NCBI GenBank assembly: GCA_964629685.1
Contig: CAZVTT010000004.1
Location: forward strand, 76-64,075
Direction of reading: 5' to 3'
Source of the DNA: an uncultured Gammaproteobacteria bacterium
GTDB lineage: Bacteria; Patescibacteriota; Microgenomatia; UBA10105; UBA927
DNA length: 64,000 bases
The translations under genes and the position numbers were made by a program. Positions 1 to 10,080 of this stretch are shown here, one piece after another; the stretch's first letter is position 1; the number at the start of each line of letters is the position of its first letter. Below the pieces are notes generated by a model, which searched no databases, was not told where the DNA came from, and saw nothing but the letters and a program-made list of their open reading frames with translations.

Positions 1-135
1 TACGAGAACTCGCTCGACGATCCGTCCGGCAACCGAAAAAAAGTTTACGGTGCCAATACGAGTCCGCTCAAGGCGGAGTGATAAGCCCAAATGGGAAAAA
101 TCAGAGACTCTCCTTGTGAGAGTTTTTTTGTTTTT
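1..135 (+). promoter_or_regulatory. SAM-I (S-box) riboswitch, 3' portion (5' part lies before window start), with intrinsic terminator hairpin at ~103-129
   Basis: CCGGCAACC (25-33) ... GGTGCCAAT (49-57) match conserved SAM-I core. GTCCGC-tcaa-GGCGGA is a P4-like hairpin. GATAAG is the 3' strand of P1. CTCTC-cttgt-GAGAG + T7 terminator lies directly upstream of metK. Confidence 0.7.
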
Positions 136-144
136 CCGGAAAGG

Positions 145-1260
145 ATGCATATGATAAAACATTTTACTTCGGAGTCGGTAGCCGCAGGACATCCTGACAA
201 AATATGTGATCAGGTATCGGATGCCATTGTAGATGAGGCTTTACGATCGGATGCCGATGCCCGTGTTGCCGTAGAAACGCTTGCCACTACGGGCAGACTG
301 GTTCTTGCGGGAGAAGTAACGTGTACGGCTGCTCTACCCTATGAAAAGATTGCGCGGGAAGTGGTTAAATCACTGGGGTATACAGACAATCTCTTCCATT
401 TTACGCATAATTCGCCCGTATCGGTATATATACACGAGCAATCACCGGATATCGCCGTAGGGGTAGATACCGGTGGCGCCGGAGATCAGGGGATGATGTT
501 CGGATACGCCAACAGTGAAACACCCGAATACATGCCCTTACCGATTATTTTGGCGCACAGGTTGGCGGAACAAATGGATACCGTACGTGTACAAAACACG
601 TTACCATTTCTCCGTCCGGACGGTAAAACGGAGGTTAATATTGCATATGAAAACGGTAAACCGGTAAGAGTGGAGCACGTTGTTATTGCCGTGCCTCATG
701 ATCCGAAAATAACGGCTGCAGAAGTTAAGGAAGCGTTGATTGGTGCGGTAATCGAACCGATATTATCCAAATATAAATTTGCTCTTCCCCAAACGCAACA
801 AATAATTGTAAACGGTACTGGTAAGTGGGAAATCGGAGGTCCAGCATCAGATACGGGCGTCACCGGAAGAAAAATAATCGTAGACACATATGGAGCCTTT
901 GCCAGACACGGCGGAGGTGCATTTAGCGGTAAGGATCCTACTAAAGTAGACCGAAGCGGAGCATATGCGTGCCGCTATATTGCCAAAAACGTGGTCGCTG
1001 CCGGACTCGCGGATAGGTGTGAAGTACGGGTAGCGTATGTTATCGGTAAACGTGAGCCGCTTGCTAAGGAGCTGGAATGTTTTGGTACGGAATTAAAACC
1101 TTTAAAACAGATAGAAGAGTTTGCCTGGAAATTACTTGATTTGTCGGTCCCGGGTATTCTGGAAGGCTTATCGCTACGCCAGCCGATCTATCGGAATAGC
1201 GCCAGATACGGACATTTCGGACGCAACGGATTTCCCTGGGAAAATCTGATCCGAAAGTAG
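145..1260 (+). CDS. metK: S-adenosylmethionine synthetase
   Basis: FTSESV..GHPDKICDQVSDAIVD and GGGAFSGKDPTKVDRSGAY motifs; ORF-track start 91 likely an N-terminal extension, ATG at 145. Confidence 0.9.
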   Translation: MHMIKHFTSESVAAGHPDKICDQVSDAIVDEALRSDADARVAVETLATTGRLVLAGEVTCTAALPYEKIAREVVKSLGYTDNLFHFTHNSPVSVYIHEQSPDIAVGVDTGGAGDQGMMFGYANSETPEYMPLPIILAHRLAEQMDTVRVQNTLPFLRPDGKTEVNIAYENGKPVRVEHVVIAVPHDPKITAAEVKEALIGAVIEPILSKYKFALPQTQQIIVNGTGKWEIGGPASDTGVTGRKIIVDTYGAFARHGGGAFSGKDPTKVDRSGAYACRYIAKNVVAAGLADRCEVRVAYVIGKREPLAKELECFGTELKPLKQIEEFAWKLLDLSVPGILEGLSLRQPIYRNSARYGHFGRNGFPWENLIRK

Positions 1261-1320
1261 TTTTTGCCGGATAGTATTTAACCTGGATTTATCCAAAATC
1301 GGGTAGTACAATGACCGCAC

Positions 1321-2526
1321 ATGGAACAATTCCAACCGTTGGCAGCTCGACTACGTCCGCAGTCCCTTGATGATGTTATCGGTCAGGAACACCTCGTCGG
1401 AAGTAACGGCGTTATCCGTAGGTTACTCCAGAGCGGTTTTTTACCTTCACTTATTCTGTGGGGACCGCCGGGTTCCGGGAAAACCTCCATTGCCACACTG
1501 CTGGCAGAGTTAACGAAAGCACATTTCGAATACAAATCAGCGGTAACCGTGGGATTGGAAGAAGTTCGTAGGGTGATGCGTGATGCGGCAACCAGACAAC
1601 AGGAACAACAGCAACGAACCATTCTCTTTATAGATGAAATTCATAGATTTAACAAAGCTCAGCAGGATGCGCTGCTTCCGCATGTAGAGAAAGGTACGGT
1701 CACCTTTATCGGCGCTACTACCGAAAATCCCTCATTTGAAGTAATTGCTCCGTTGTTATCCCGTTGCCGGGTGTTGGTATTAAAAGCACTGTCAGACGAA
1801 CATTTAAATATGTTAATTGACCGGGGATTAGCGGAACTTCACAAAAGTATTCGTGCCGATGCCAGAAACTTCCTCCGACAGGCTGCCAACGGCGACGGTA
1901 GAGTGTTACTCACAATTTTAGAAATTGCAGCTCAGCTTACCAGTGGGAAAACTGCCCTATCGGTAGCGGATATAGAAATGGCCAGCCAGAAAAAAATGTT
2001 ACAGTATGATACCAAAGGAGAAGAACACTACAACACAATCAGCGCGTATATAAAAAGTATGCGCGCCAGTCAGGTAGATGCGGCGTTGTATTATCTTGCC
2101 AGGATGGTAGACGCAGGAGAAGATCCGCTGTTTATTGCCCGAAGGATGGTTATATTTGCTGCGGAAGATATAGGACTTGCCCAACCCACGGCACAAGTGG
2201 TTGCAAATGCCGTATTTGATGCCTGTCATAAAATAGGTTATCCCGAAGCCGGTATAAATTTAGCCTTCGGTACAGCGTATTTAGCTCAGGCAAAAAAAGA
2301 CCGTTCTGCCTATGATGCATACTTCTCCGCGCTTGAAGATGTTAAGCGCTTCGGAAATTTGCCCATTCCATTAGTCGTCAGGAATGCACCCACCGCCCTC
2401 ATGAAGGAATTGGGCTATGGAAAAGGGTATACCGCATATACGGAAGAGAGTTATCTGCCGGAGAAAATTAAGGACAAACACTATTATAAATCCGCAAAAC
2501 CTTTAGAAAAGGAAACACGAAAATAA
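1321..2526 (+). CDS. rarA: Replication-associated recombination protein A (AAA+ ATPase)
   Basis: LILWGPPGSGKTS Walker A, MgsA/RarA-like N-terminus and C-terminal helical domain. Confidence 0.85.
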   Translation: MEQFQPLAARLRPQSLDDVIGQEHLVGSNGVIRRLLQSGFLPSLILWGPPGSGKTSIATLLAELTKAHFEYKSAVTVGLEEVRRVMRDAATRQQEQQQRTILFIDEIHRFNKAQQDALLPHVEKGTVTFIGATTENPSFEVIAPLLSRCRVLVLKALSDEHLNMLIDRGLAELHKSIRADARNFLRQAANGDGRVLLTILEIAAQLTSGKTALSVADIEMASQKKMLQYDTKGEEHYNTISAYIKSMRASQVDAALYYLARMVDAGEDPLFIARRMVIFAAEDIGLAQPTAQVVANAVFDACHKIGYPEAGINLAFGTAYLAQAKKDRSAYDAYFSALEDVKRFGNLPIPLVVRNAPTALMKELGYGKGYTAYTEESYLPEKIKDKHYYKSAKPLEKETRK

Positions 2527-2528
2527 TT

Positions 2529-2963
2529 ATGAAACAGGAAATATCCGCCGGTGGTGTAGTTTTTTTTGCGCATAATGCCGACCTTCCGGTACTGGCGCTT
2601 TTAGACATGAAGCATAATTGGACATTCCCTAAAGGAATAGTAGATCCCGGCGAAACGTTTGAGCAGGCCGCTGCCAGAGAGATTGGAGAAGAGACCGGAA
2701 TTACCGAGATACGACTACTCGCTCCGCTTGCAACTATCAGGTATACGTTCAACCGGAATGAACCTATAGATAAAACAGTCCATTATTTTCTTTTTGTTTC
2801 CGAATCGAATAAAACACCGGTCCCTCAGATGGCTGAAGGAATAACGGCCGTACGTTGGATTCCCTACAAACAGCTGCAGCAGGAAATTGGATATAAACAG
2901 ACCAATTTGTCTATTCTGGATTTAGCCTATCGGAAATTCAAAAATCTGTGCGATACTGTATAG
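2529..2963 (+). CDS. NUDIX hydrolase
   Basis: Nudix box GETFEQAAAREIGEETGI. Confidence 0.75.
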   Translation: MKQEISAGGVVFFAHNADLPVLALLDMKHNWTFPKGIVDPGETFEQAAAREIGEETGITEIRLLAPLATIRYTFNRNEPIDKTVHYFLFVSESNKTPVPQMAEGITAVRWIPYKQLQQEIGYKQTNLSILDLAYRKFKNLCDTV

Positions 2964-3003
2964 AGTCAACTAAACGTATTGCTATACTCACATTCATACC
3001 TAT

Positions 3004-3693
3004 ATGTTAATGCTTTTACATGGCGAAAACGTTGCCGCTTCCAGAGCGGAGCTGGACAGGGTTAAAGCGACGGCATCCACAAAAGAAATCAGGTTAGTGG
3101 AGGGAAAATCCATAGAATCGGCTGCGCTTACACAAGCTCTGCAATCCACCTCACTGTTTGGTGGCGATACACTGGTAATAATAGAACAGCTTTTCGGATC
3201 AATTCTTAAAAAAACTACGCAAGTAAAAGAACGCGCACAAATCCTGGCTAACAAATCTCCGGAAATTGATGTCGTACTATGGGAAGAAAAAGAAATAGGT
3301 AAAACCGCCATAAATGAACTGGATGCGCATTGTAAAATTATGTTATTCGATCTACCCAAGACGTTATTTCAATTTCTGGACGGAATAGGTCCCCAACATA
3401 CTAAATCCATACTATCATTGTATGAACAAACCATTTCCACCGAAGCTCCGGAGTTAATCCATAATTTGTTAGTGAAGCGCATCCGTCACCTGTTGATGAT
3501 ATGTGACGGCGTAAATCCGCCGGGGATGTCTGCCTGGCAGCTGGGGCGTTTGACAAAGCAAGCTAAGTTGTTTACGATTACCAGGCTTCTCTCTATGTAC
3601 CATAATCTTACTGTCATAGAGCATGCCGTTAAAAGCGGGGCCACACCGTTCCGTCTGTCTCAACTCACACAGCAATTATTATTAACCGTCTAA
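3004..3693 (+). CDS. holA: DNA polymerase III delta subunit-like (short, 229 aa)
   Basis: N-terminal LLHGEN...LFGGDTLVII pattern typical of HolA. The length is about two-thirds of canonical. The gene lies next to rarA. Confidence 0.5.
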   Translation: MLMLLHGENVAASRAELDRVKATASTKEIRLVEGKSIESAALTQALQSTSLFGGDTLVIIEQLFGSILKKTTQVKERAQILANKSPEIDVVLWEEKEIGKTAINELDAHCKIMLFDLPKTLFQFLDGIGPQHTKSILSLYEQTISTEAPELIHNLLVKRIRHLLMICDGVNPPGMSAWQLGRLTKQAKLFTITRLLSMYHNLTVIEHAVKSGATPFRLSQLTQQLLLTV

Positions 3694-3714
3694 CATTGAT
3701 ATAAAGGAGGCAAT

Positions 3715-5079
3715 ATGCCGATAGATACATCAATATTTAAAGATTATGACGTCCGGGGAACGTATCCCAATCAACTAAATGGTGAAGTTGCCACGCAGAT
3801 TGCCCATGCCATAGTCCGACACTTTAAACCTCAGACCGTTGCTATCGTAAGGGATATGCGTTTGTCTGGTCAGGAAATCCGTGATGCCATGGTTCAAGTG
3901 TTTACAGCTCTGGGGGTAAACGTTTTTGATGCCGGCCTTGGTGGAACGGAAATGGCCTATTTTATTGCGGGAACAAAGCCATACGATTTGGTATTGATGA
4001 TTTCCGCTTCGCATAATCCTCCCGAATATAACGGACTAAAAGTGGTAAAACGGGGACCGGTGGCCGTTACCAGCGATAGCGGACTATATACCGTACGGGA
4101 TTTACTCAGCCAAGGAGCATTGCCGCCGTCAGAGAAACCGGGAACGGTTACGGACATTAATCTTCAGGATGAATGGCGCGATAAAATACTTTCACTTATC
4201 GATACGCAGGCGCTAAAACCGCTCAATGTCGTTGTAGATGGCGGAAACGGAATGGGTGGCGTGTTAGTACAGAAAGTATTTGCCGGTTTGCCGTTCACGG
4301 TAAATTATCTTTATGCTGAACCGGACGGCCATTTCCCTAATCATGTCCCGAATCCCCTGATCGAAAAGAATAATGCGGATTTAATAGCCAAAGTAAACGA
4401 ACTGCATGCAGATGTCGGGCTAACGTTTGACGGAGATGCTGACCGTATGTTCCTTATAGATGATAAAGGGCGCACAATTTCGGGGACCATAACCACAGCA
4501 TTACTGTCACGCTATATTCTCCACAAGCATCCGGGTGAAACCATTCTCTATAACGCCATCTGCGGAAGGGTCGTTCCGAAAGTTATTACCGAAAGCAACG
4601 GTAAAAGCCAACGGGTACGTGTAGGACACAGCTACATTAAAACGTACATGAAACAGACAAACGCCATTTTTGCGGGAGAACATTCCGGACATTATTACCA
4701 CCGGGACTTTTTCTCTGCAGAAAGTGGTGTGCTGACGGCATTAATGGTACTTTCACTGCTCTCGACTGAAGGAAAGAAGTTGTCTGTAATGGTCGATGAA
4801 TTGGATATATATCCTGCCAGCGGGGAAATAAATTTCGTAGTCGCCGATATCCCCAGTGTAGTAAACGCCATTCGCACCGGATTTCCCGATGCAACTTCCA
4901 AGGACGAACTGGATGGTGTCAGCGTCTGGTACAAGGATTACTGGTTTAATATCCGGGCATCCAAAACTGAGCCATTATTGCGGCTTAATTTAGAAGCCGA
5001 TACAACAGAAATATTATCGGTTAAAACAGCAGAGTTGGTAGCTTTGATTGAATCATTGGGCGGAAAAAGGAAGGGATAA
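3715..5079 (+). CDS. Phosphomannomutase/phosphoglucomutase
   Basis: YDVRGTY, SASHNPPEYNG active-site Ser loop, FDGDADR metal loop; RBS AAAGGAGG upstream. Confidence 0.85.
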   Translation: MPIDTSIFKDYDVRGTYPNQLNGEVATQIAHAIVRHFKPQTVAIVRDMRLSGQEIRDAMVQVFTALGVNVFDAGLGGTEMAYFIAGTKPYDLVLMISASHNPPEYNGLKVVKRGPVAVTSDSGLYTVRDLLSQGALPPSEKPGTVTDINLQDEWRDKILSLIDTQALKPLNVVVDGGNGMGGVLVQKVFAGLPFTVNYLYAEPDGHFPNHVPNPLIEKNNADLIAKVNELHADVGLTFDGDADRMFLIDDKGRTISGTITTALLSRYILHKHPGETILYNAICGRVVPKVITESNGKSQRVRVGHSYIKTYMKQTNAIFAGEHSGHYYHRDFFSAESGVLTALMVLSLLSTEGKKLSVMVDELDIYPASGEINFVVADIPSVVNAIRTGFPDATSKDELDGVSVWYKDYWFNIRASKTEPLLRLNLEADTTEILSVKTAELVALIESLGGKRKG

Positions 5080-5082
5080 CAC

Positions 5083-6252
5083 ATGAATGTTAAACGACCG
5101 TATCTGATTATAACCAAGCTCATAGAGCAACCCACCTGGGGTGGAAGTTACATTTGTCAACTCAAAGCATGGAATACCGTCCCGTTCCTGGAAGGGAAAA
5201 AAATAGGTCAAAGTTATGAGTTATTCGGCGGTTCCAAATTGGCAGTAAATATTACGGATTCCCACAATCCGGATTTTACCCCGGAATTGGGATTTGCGGA
5301 CAAACCAGATACCGTTACTGACCATTTCCATTTGCAACCAGGTACCGGATATGTGACGATTGCTGATTTTATCAAAGACCACGGAGCAGAATTCGTAGGC
5401 GAAAAAGTATGGAATGCATATCACGGAATGCCGCTGCTCATTAAACTTAATCAGGCAAGTGGTAATTCGTTCCAGCTGCACCTGAGGCCGCACGAAACCC
5501 ATAGCCGTTGGAAACCCAAGGCTGAATCTTGGTACTATCTGCAAAACGGTCGTTTAACATTCGGTATTAAACGCGGTATAGACATTCAGGAGTACAAACG
5601 GGTCTGCCATAAAATAAATACATACATGCAGGAATTAAGCACAAAAATAAAAACCGATAAGCTTACGCTAACGGCTGCAAGAGCCGAAGCATTAGCCTTT
5701 GTGGCTGCCGAAAATCCCTGGAAGTTCGTAAATGTTCATGAAGCGGAAAAAAATTCTATTATAGATTTATCGCGTGGCGGCATACATCATTCCTGGGAAG
5801 AAAATACACTTCCCGGTAGTCCGGGAAATGTCATATATGAAGTGCAGCAAGATGTAATGGATCCCGATTGCACTATCCGTTCGTTTGATCAGGGGAAAAT
5901 TAAAGATTCCGGTGATATCCGGGAAATTCACATAGATGACTATTTTGCCGCTATAGATACGGATCCTGACCATAACGATATTGCACAATCTACATTTATC
6001 CGGAAGGGGAACGAATTATTGCGTACGCCAATATACAATGTGGATTTGCTCACCGTGGAAAATAAAGTCACGGATTCCAGTAACGATACATTTGCTCACC
6101 TGTTCGTTGAATCCGGTAATGTGGAAGTATCTACCGTAGACGGTACGGTCGCTGCGGGTACCGGGCATAGTGTTTTTATTCCCCATGCATGCGGAGAGTA
6201 TGAAATCACGGCCTTAGACGGTACTGCCAAAATAGTTAAAACGTTCATGTAA
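5083..6252 (+). CDS. Mannose-6-phosphate isomerase, class I (Bacillus-type)
   Basis: N-terminal [10 protein letters not shown] motif of bacterial type-I PMI; sits between PMM and PGI. Confidence 0.6.
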   Translation: MNVKRPYLIITKLIEQPTWGGSYICQLKAWNTVPFLEGKKIGQSYELFGGSKLAVNITDSHNPDFTPELGFADKPDTVTDHFHLQPGTGYVTIADFIKDHGAEFVGEKVWNAYHGMPLLIKLNQASGNSFQLHLRPHETHSRWKPKAESWYYLQNGRLTFGIKRGIDIQEYKRVCHKINTYMQELSTKIKTDKLTLTAARAEALAFVAAENPWKFVNVHEAEKNSIIDLSRGGIHHSWEENTLPGSPGNVIYEVQQDVMDPDCTIRSFDQGKIKDSGDIREIHIDDYFAAIDTDPDHNDIAQSTFIRKGNELLRTPIYNVDLLTVENKVTDSSNDTFAHLFVESGNVEVSTVDGTVAAGTGHSVFIPHACGEYEITALDGTAKIVKTFM

Positions 6253-6256
6253 TCCT

Positions 6257-7870
6257 ATGATGTTTTCAAAACTTTCAAGCGTAAGCGCACTTAAAAAGCA
6301 TCATGCAGCTATTGCTGCCGCACACATCCGTGATTTATTTCGTGATGATCCGAAACGTTCGGAAACGTTCAGCCTAAATGTGGGTGATATTTACGTAGAT
6401 TTTGCAAAGCATCGGATTACCCCTGAAACGGTTACATTGTTGCTCGATCTGGCAAAAGAAACACAGGTAGAAGAACAACGAAACAACATGTTTTCCGGTC
6501 AAAAAATTAACGTTACCGAAAACAGGGCTGTACTGCACGTAGCACTACGAAACGTTTCCAATACACCAATAAACGTAGACGGAAAAAACGTTATGCCTGA
6601 TGTTAATTCAGTATTGGACCACATGAAAACATTTTCGACGGCTATTCGATCGGGAGCATGGAAAGGTTACACAGGCAAACGGATAAAAAATATTATAAAT
6701 ATTGGCATTGGGGGATCAGACCTGGGGCCCGTCATGACATTTGAAGCACTCAGATGGTATAGCGACAGGAATTTAACCGTCAGATTTGTTTCCAACGTGG
6801 ACGGAACACACTTCACGGAAATGACCCGCGATATTAATCCTGAAGAAACTTTATTTATTATCGCTTCCAAAACGTTTACTACGGAAGAAACCATGACAAA
6901 TGCCCGATCTGCGCGGAACTGGCTATTAGAGACACTCAAAGATGAAGCGTCTATCGCCAAACACTTTGTGGCGCTTTCAACAAATACTGCTGCCGTAACG
7001 GATTTTGGAATTGATCCTGCGAATATGTTTGTGTTTTGGGACTGGGTGGGAGGAAGATACTCGTTAACCAGTGCGATAGGGTTGTCCATTATGATTGCAA
7101 TCGGGACGGAAAATTTTGAAGAATTGCTGAAGGGCTTTCATATCATGGACACGCACTTCCTTACAGCCCCGTTGGCACGGAATATTCCCGTAATTCTTGC
7201 ACTCCTGGGTATTTGGTATAACAATTTTTTTCAGGCGCAAACCCATGCGATTCTTCCGTATGATCAATACCTGGTTCGGTTTCCCGCATATTTTCAGCAA
7301 GGAGACATGGAAAGTAACGGAAAATCTGTTACCAGACAAGGACAATATGTTGATTACGAAACCGGTCCCATCATCTGGGGTGAACCGGGGACGAACGGAC
7401 AACATGCGTTTTACCAGTTACTACATCAGGGTACCAAGTGTATTCCTTGTGATTTTATAGTTTTTGCGGAATCGCTAAATCCGCTTTCCGATCATCAGAC
7501 CAAGTTGGTTGCCAATTGTTTTGCACAGGCGGAAGCACTCGCATTCGGAAAAACGGAAATAGAAGTCAGAAACGAGAATATCCCAGAAGCACTGGTACCC
7601 CATAAGGTGTTTGCCGGAAATCATCCCAGTACAACTATCCTGGCCAAACGGTTAACTCCGTCTGTTTTGGGACAACTTATTGCACTCTATGAACATAAAA
7701 TATTTACTCAGGGTGCTATCTGGAACATAAACTCTTTTGATCAATTTGGAGTGGAATTGGGTAAAGTGTTATCCCAAAAAATATTTTCTGAACTACAGGA
7801 TTCAGTTAAAGAGTTGGCACACGACAGTTCCACCAATGCATTGATTCAGACATACCGCAAACTGAAATAA
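6257..7870 (+). CDS. pgi: Glucose-6-phosphate isomerase
   Basis: [40 protein letters not shown] signatures. Confidence 0.9.
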   Translation: MMFSKLSSVSALKKHHAAIAAAHIRDLFRDDPKRSETFSLNVGDIYVDFAKHRITPETVTLLLDLAKETQVEEQRNNMFSGQKINVTENRAVLHVALRNVSNTPINVDGKNVMPDVNSVLDHMKTFSTAIRSGAWKGYTGKRIKNIINIGIGGSDLGPVMTFEALRWYSDRNLTVRFVSNVDGTHFTEMTRDINPEETLFIIASKTFTTEETMTNARSARNWLLETLKDEASIAKHFVALSTNTAAVTDFGIDPANMFVFWDWVGGRYSLTSAIGLSIMIAIGTENFEELLKGFHIMDTHFLTAPLARNIPVILALLGIWYNNFFQAQTHAILPYDQYLVRFPAYFQQGDMESNGKSVTRQGQYVDYETGPIIWGEPGTNGQHAFYQLLHQGTKCIPCDFIVFAESLNPLSDHQTKLVANCFAQAEALAFGKTEIEVRNENIPEALVPHKVFAGNHPSTTILAKRLTPSVLGQLIALYEHKIFTQGAIWNINSFDQFGVELGKVLSQKIFSELQDSVKELAHDSSTNALIQTYRKLK

Positions 7871-7898
7871 TACCAAGCACCGTAAAAGCTGCTCATTA

Positions 7899-10004
7899 AT
7901 GGAGGTGTATATGGATCATCGTCTACTCAGGTTAATTATTGCAGCTGCTTTCGCCGTACTGGCAAACGTGTTTTTCTTCCAGCCGGTCGGAACCGGCATG
8001 ATTTCCCTCACCGCTATAGCGTTATGGGGATTGCTTACGTTGATATTCATTACTAACCGAAATACCACACACAACACGGCAACAATTTTGGGTTACGGTG
8101 TGTCCGTGGTAACGCTTGCTACGCTTGCAGGATGGCGGGGTAGTCCGGTGGCACAAAGCATTGTGCTGGGAGGTGCCTTCGGTTCCGTAATGCTCTACGC
8201 CTACGCTCTGGCATCCGGTGTTCCGGCGGTACGTTCATTTATGGAACTGCTGCTCGTACCGTTTAGTTTCATTGGCTCATATCTTTCTGCCTGGTTGGAG
8301 GGTATAACTCATGCCTCGGATACGCCTAAACTCTTTGGTATTACCAAAGCCGTATCGTTAAGGTTGCTTACAACGATAATCGGGATAATAGTCGGACTGC
8401 CCATAGCCGGGATTTTGTTGCTGCTGTTTGTAAAAGCTGACCCAATATTTGCCAAAGTGGTTACTGATACCTTCCAAACGTTTAAGTTCGGTGATATTAC
8501 CAATAGATTAATATTAACCTTGGGTCTATTTATTCTGCTTTCACCGTTAGGTTTCCTAAAAATTAATCAGGAATTTACGTCTCCTTCACAACTTTTTACA
8601 AAAACCCATTTCTCGCAAATAATGACCATAGTTTTGGCCATGGTTTCCGGAGTATTGGGACTCTTTTTAATCGTACAATGGCCATATATTTTCGTACGGG
8701 TTGCCGGTGAAACCGATTTAAGCACGTTTGGTATCGCCACGTACTCCGAATACGTCAAACGCGGGTTTTCCGAATTACTGCTGATCAGCTCAATGGTATA
8801 TGCATTACTTTGGACCGGATTACTCGCACTCCGCGGCAAAAGAATTTCAGAGGGTAAAATATTGACCGTTATGCAATTGTTCCTGCTCAGTGAATTTGCA
8901 ATATTTATTCTGTCTGTAGCCAGACGCATTAAATTATATTGGGACTTCCACGGCTTAACATTAGTCAGGGTTTACGGTGGCATCTTTTTGGCTTGGATTA
9001 CCATATTTACTGTAACGCTCTGTTTACGTCTATGGTTTAAACAACGGATAGTACGATTGGAATTACTACTTTTAGCACTATTGTTATTGGGTGTGGGAGC
9101 ATGGAATGCAGAGCAATATATAATTTATCACCATCCGCCTACGGTAAACGGCCAGGTTGATTATGTCTACCTTGCCCGATTATCCGCAGATGGGTATGAC
9201 GGCTGGAGACAGGCGTATACCCATGCAGATGCCGTACTGAATAATCCCGAACTTACTACTTCAGCGGTGATCGGAAAAGAACAACGACGCGATATCGCAT
9301 ACGCAGGGATGGTAGTCGGAATTTTATCCCAAAAATATGATGACTTAATTCAACGGTATGGATCCGCTGACGAACAGAAAGAATATTTAAAAATAGTATT
9401 GATGCAAGAAAAACAACGGATCGACACATTTATACCCCAAATTCAATCGGATCTGACATTGATTCAACAGAAAGGCAACAATGTCAACGCCCGGTGGGAT
9501 GGTTTGTTTATTCCTGCGTTTACGCGTGACGGCAGAAGTTCGGAACTGGGGGCAACCCGTGATACCCTGCGCGAATCGTCCAAACGGATATCCGAAACTC
9601 TCCAAACACTTGCGGATAGTAGTCAGAGCGGTACACAACGTTTGGCCATCGTTAAACCACAGGTACCGGGAAGGTTGGCAAACTTCGTTCATGGTTCGTG
9701 CGGTTTGGTGTTCTCCAGTGAAACAATGGCCACGCAATGGTGCATGCCGTCATTTTATGTTGTTTTCCCCCAGGGTCAGGAAGAATTTGTTCAACCGACA
9801 GTATGGTCACGTCTGGCTTCCTGGAACGGGATAGAAGAACACGTCTATAGACAATTTCGGATGGATATACCATACGGTGATCTGCAGCAGTTACAGGAAC
9901 GGTATTTGACGCTTTATGAACGGATACTGGCACAAAACGATTCCGAAAAAGAATACGCGCAGGATATATCGTTTGACGCGCCATTTCTGGCTCCGATTAA
10001 TTGA
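7899..10004 (+). CDS. Large polytopic membrane protein with C-terminal soluble domain, function unknown
   Basis: 701-aa ORF, ~10 predicted TM helices in first 420 aa, hydrophilic C-terminal 280 aa; no recognisable catalytic motif. Confidence 0.5.
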   Translation: MEVYMDHRLLRLIIAAAFAVLANVFFFQPVGTGMISLTAIALWGLLTLIFITNRNTTHNTATILGYGVSVVTLATLAGWRGSPVAQSIVLGGAFGSVMLYAYALASGVPAVRSFMELLLVPFSFIGSYLSAWLEGITHASDTPKLFGITKAVSLRLLTTIIGIIVGLPIAGILLLLFVKADPIFAKVVTDTFQTFKFGDITNRLILTLGLFILLSPLGFLKINQEFTSPSQLFTKTHFSQIMTIVLAMVSGVLGLFLIVQWPYIFVRVAGETDLSTFGIATYSEYVKRGFSELLLISSMVYALLWTGLLALRGKRISEGKILTVMQLFLLSEFAIFILSVARRIKLYWDFHGLTLVRVYGGIFLAWITIFTVTLCLRLWFKQRIVRLELLLLALLLLGVGAWNAEQYIIYHHPPTVNGQVDYVYLARLSADGYDGWRQAYTHADAVLNNPELTTSAVIGKEQRRDIAYAGMVVGILSQKYDDLIQRYGSADEQKEYLKIVLMQEKQRIDTFIPQIQSDLTLIQQKGNNVNARWDGLFIPAFTRDGRSSELGATRDTLRESSKRISETLQTLADSSQSGTQRLAIVKPQVPGRLANFVHGSCGLVFSSETMATQWCMPSFYVVFPQGQEEFVQPTVWSRLASWNGIEEHVYRQFRMDIPYGDLQQLQERYLTLYERILAQNDSEKEYAQDISFDAPFLAPIN

Positions 10005-10080
10005 CGCGTAATCGGAAAAAAATTACCGAATATATTAAACCACTTGCACTCTCTGGTGTGATTATCCATACTAGAATTAT

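Noticed and set aside
696-887. Many short antisense ORFs in the track (e.g. 696-887, 1383-1622, 1999-2229, 3000-3359, 4507-4934, 9387-9984, 11388-12345, 14792-15209, 16749-17990, 24302-25532, 45376-46515, 55317-56214) lying inside long confidently assigned genes
   Set aside because: Each sits opposite or overlapping a gene with strong family signatures, has no RBS or motif, and is best explained as a shadow ORF.
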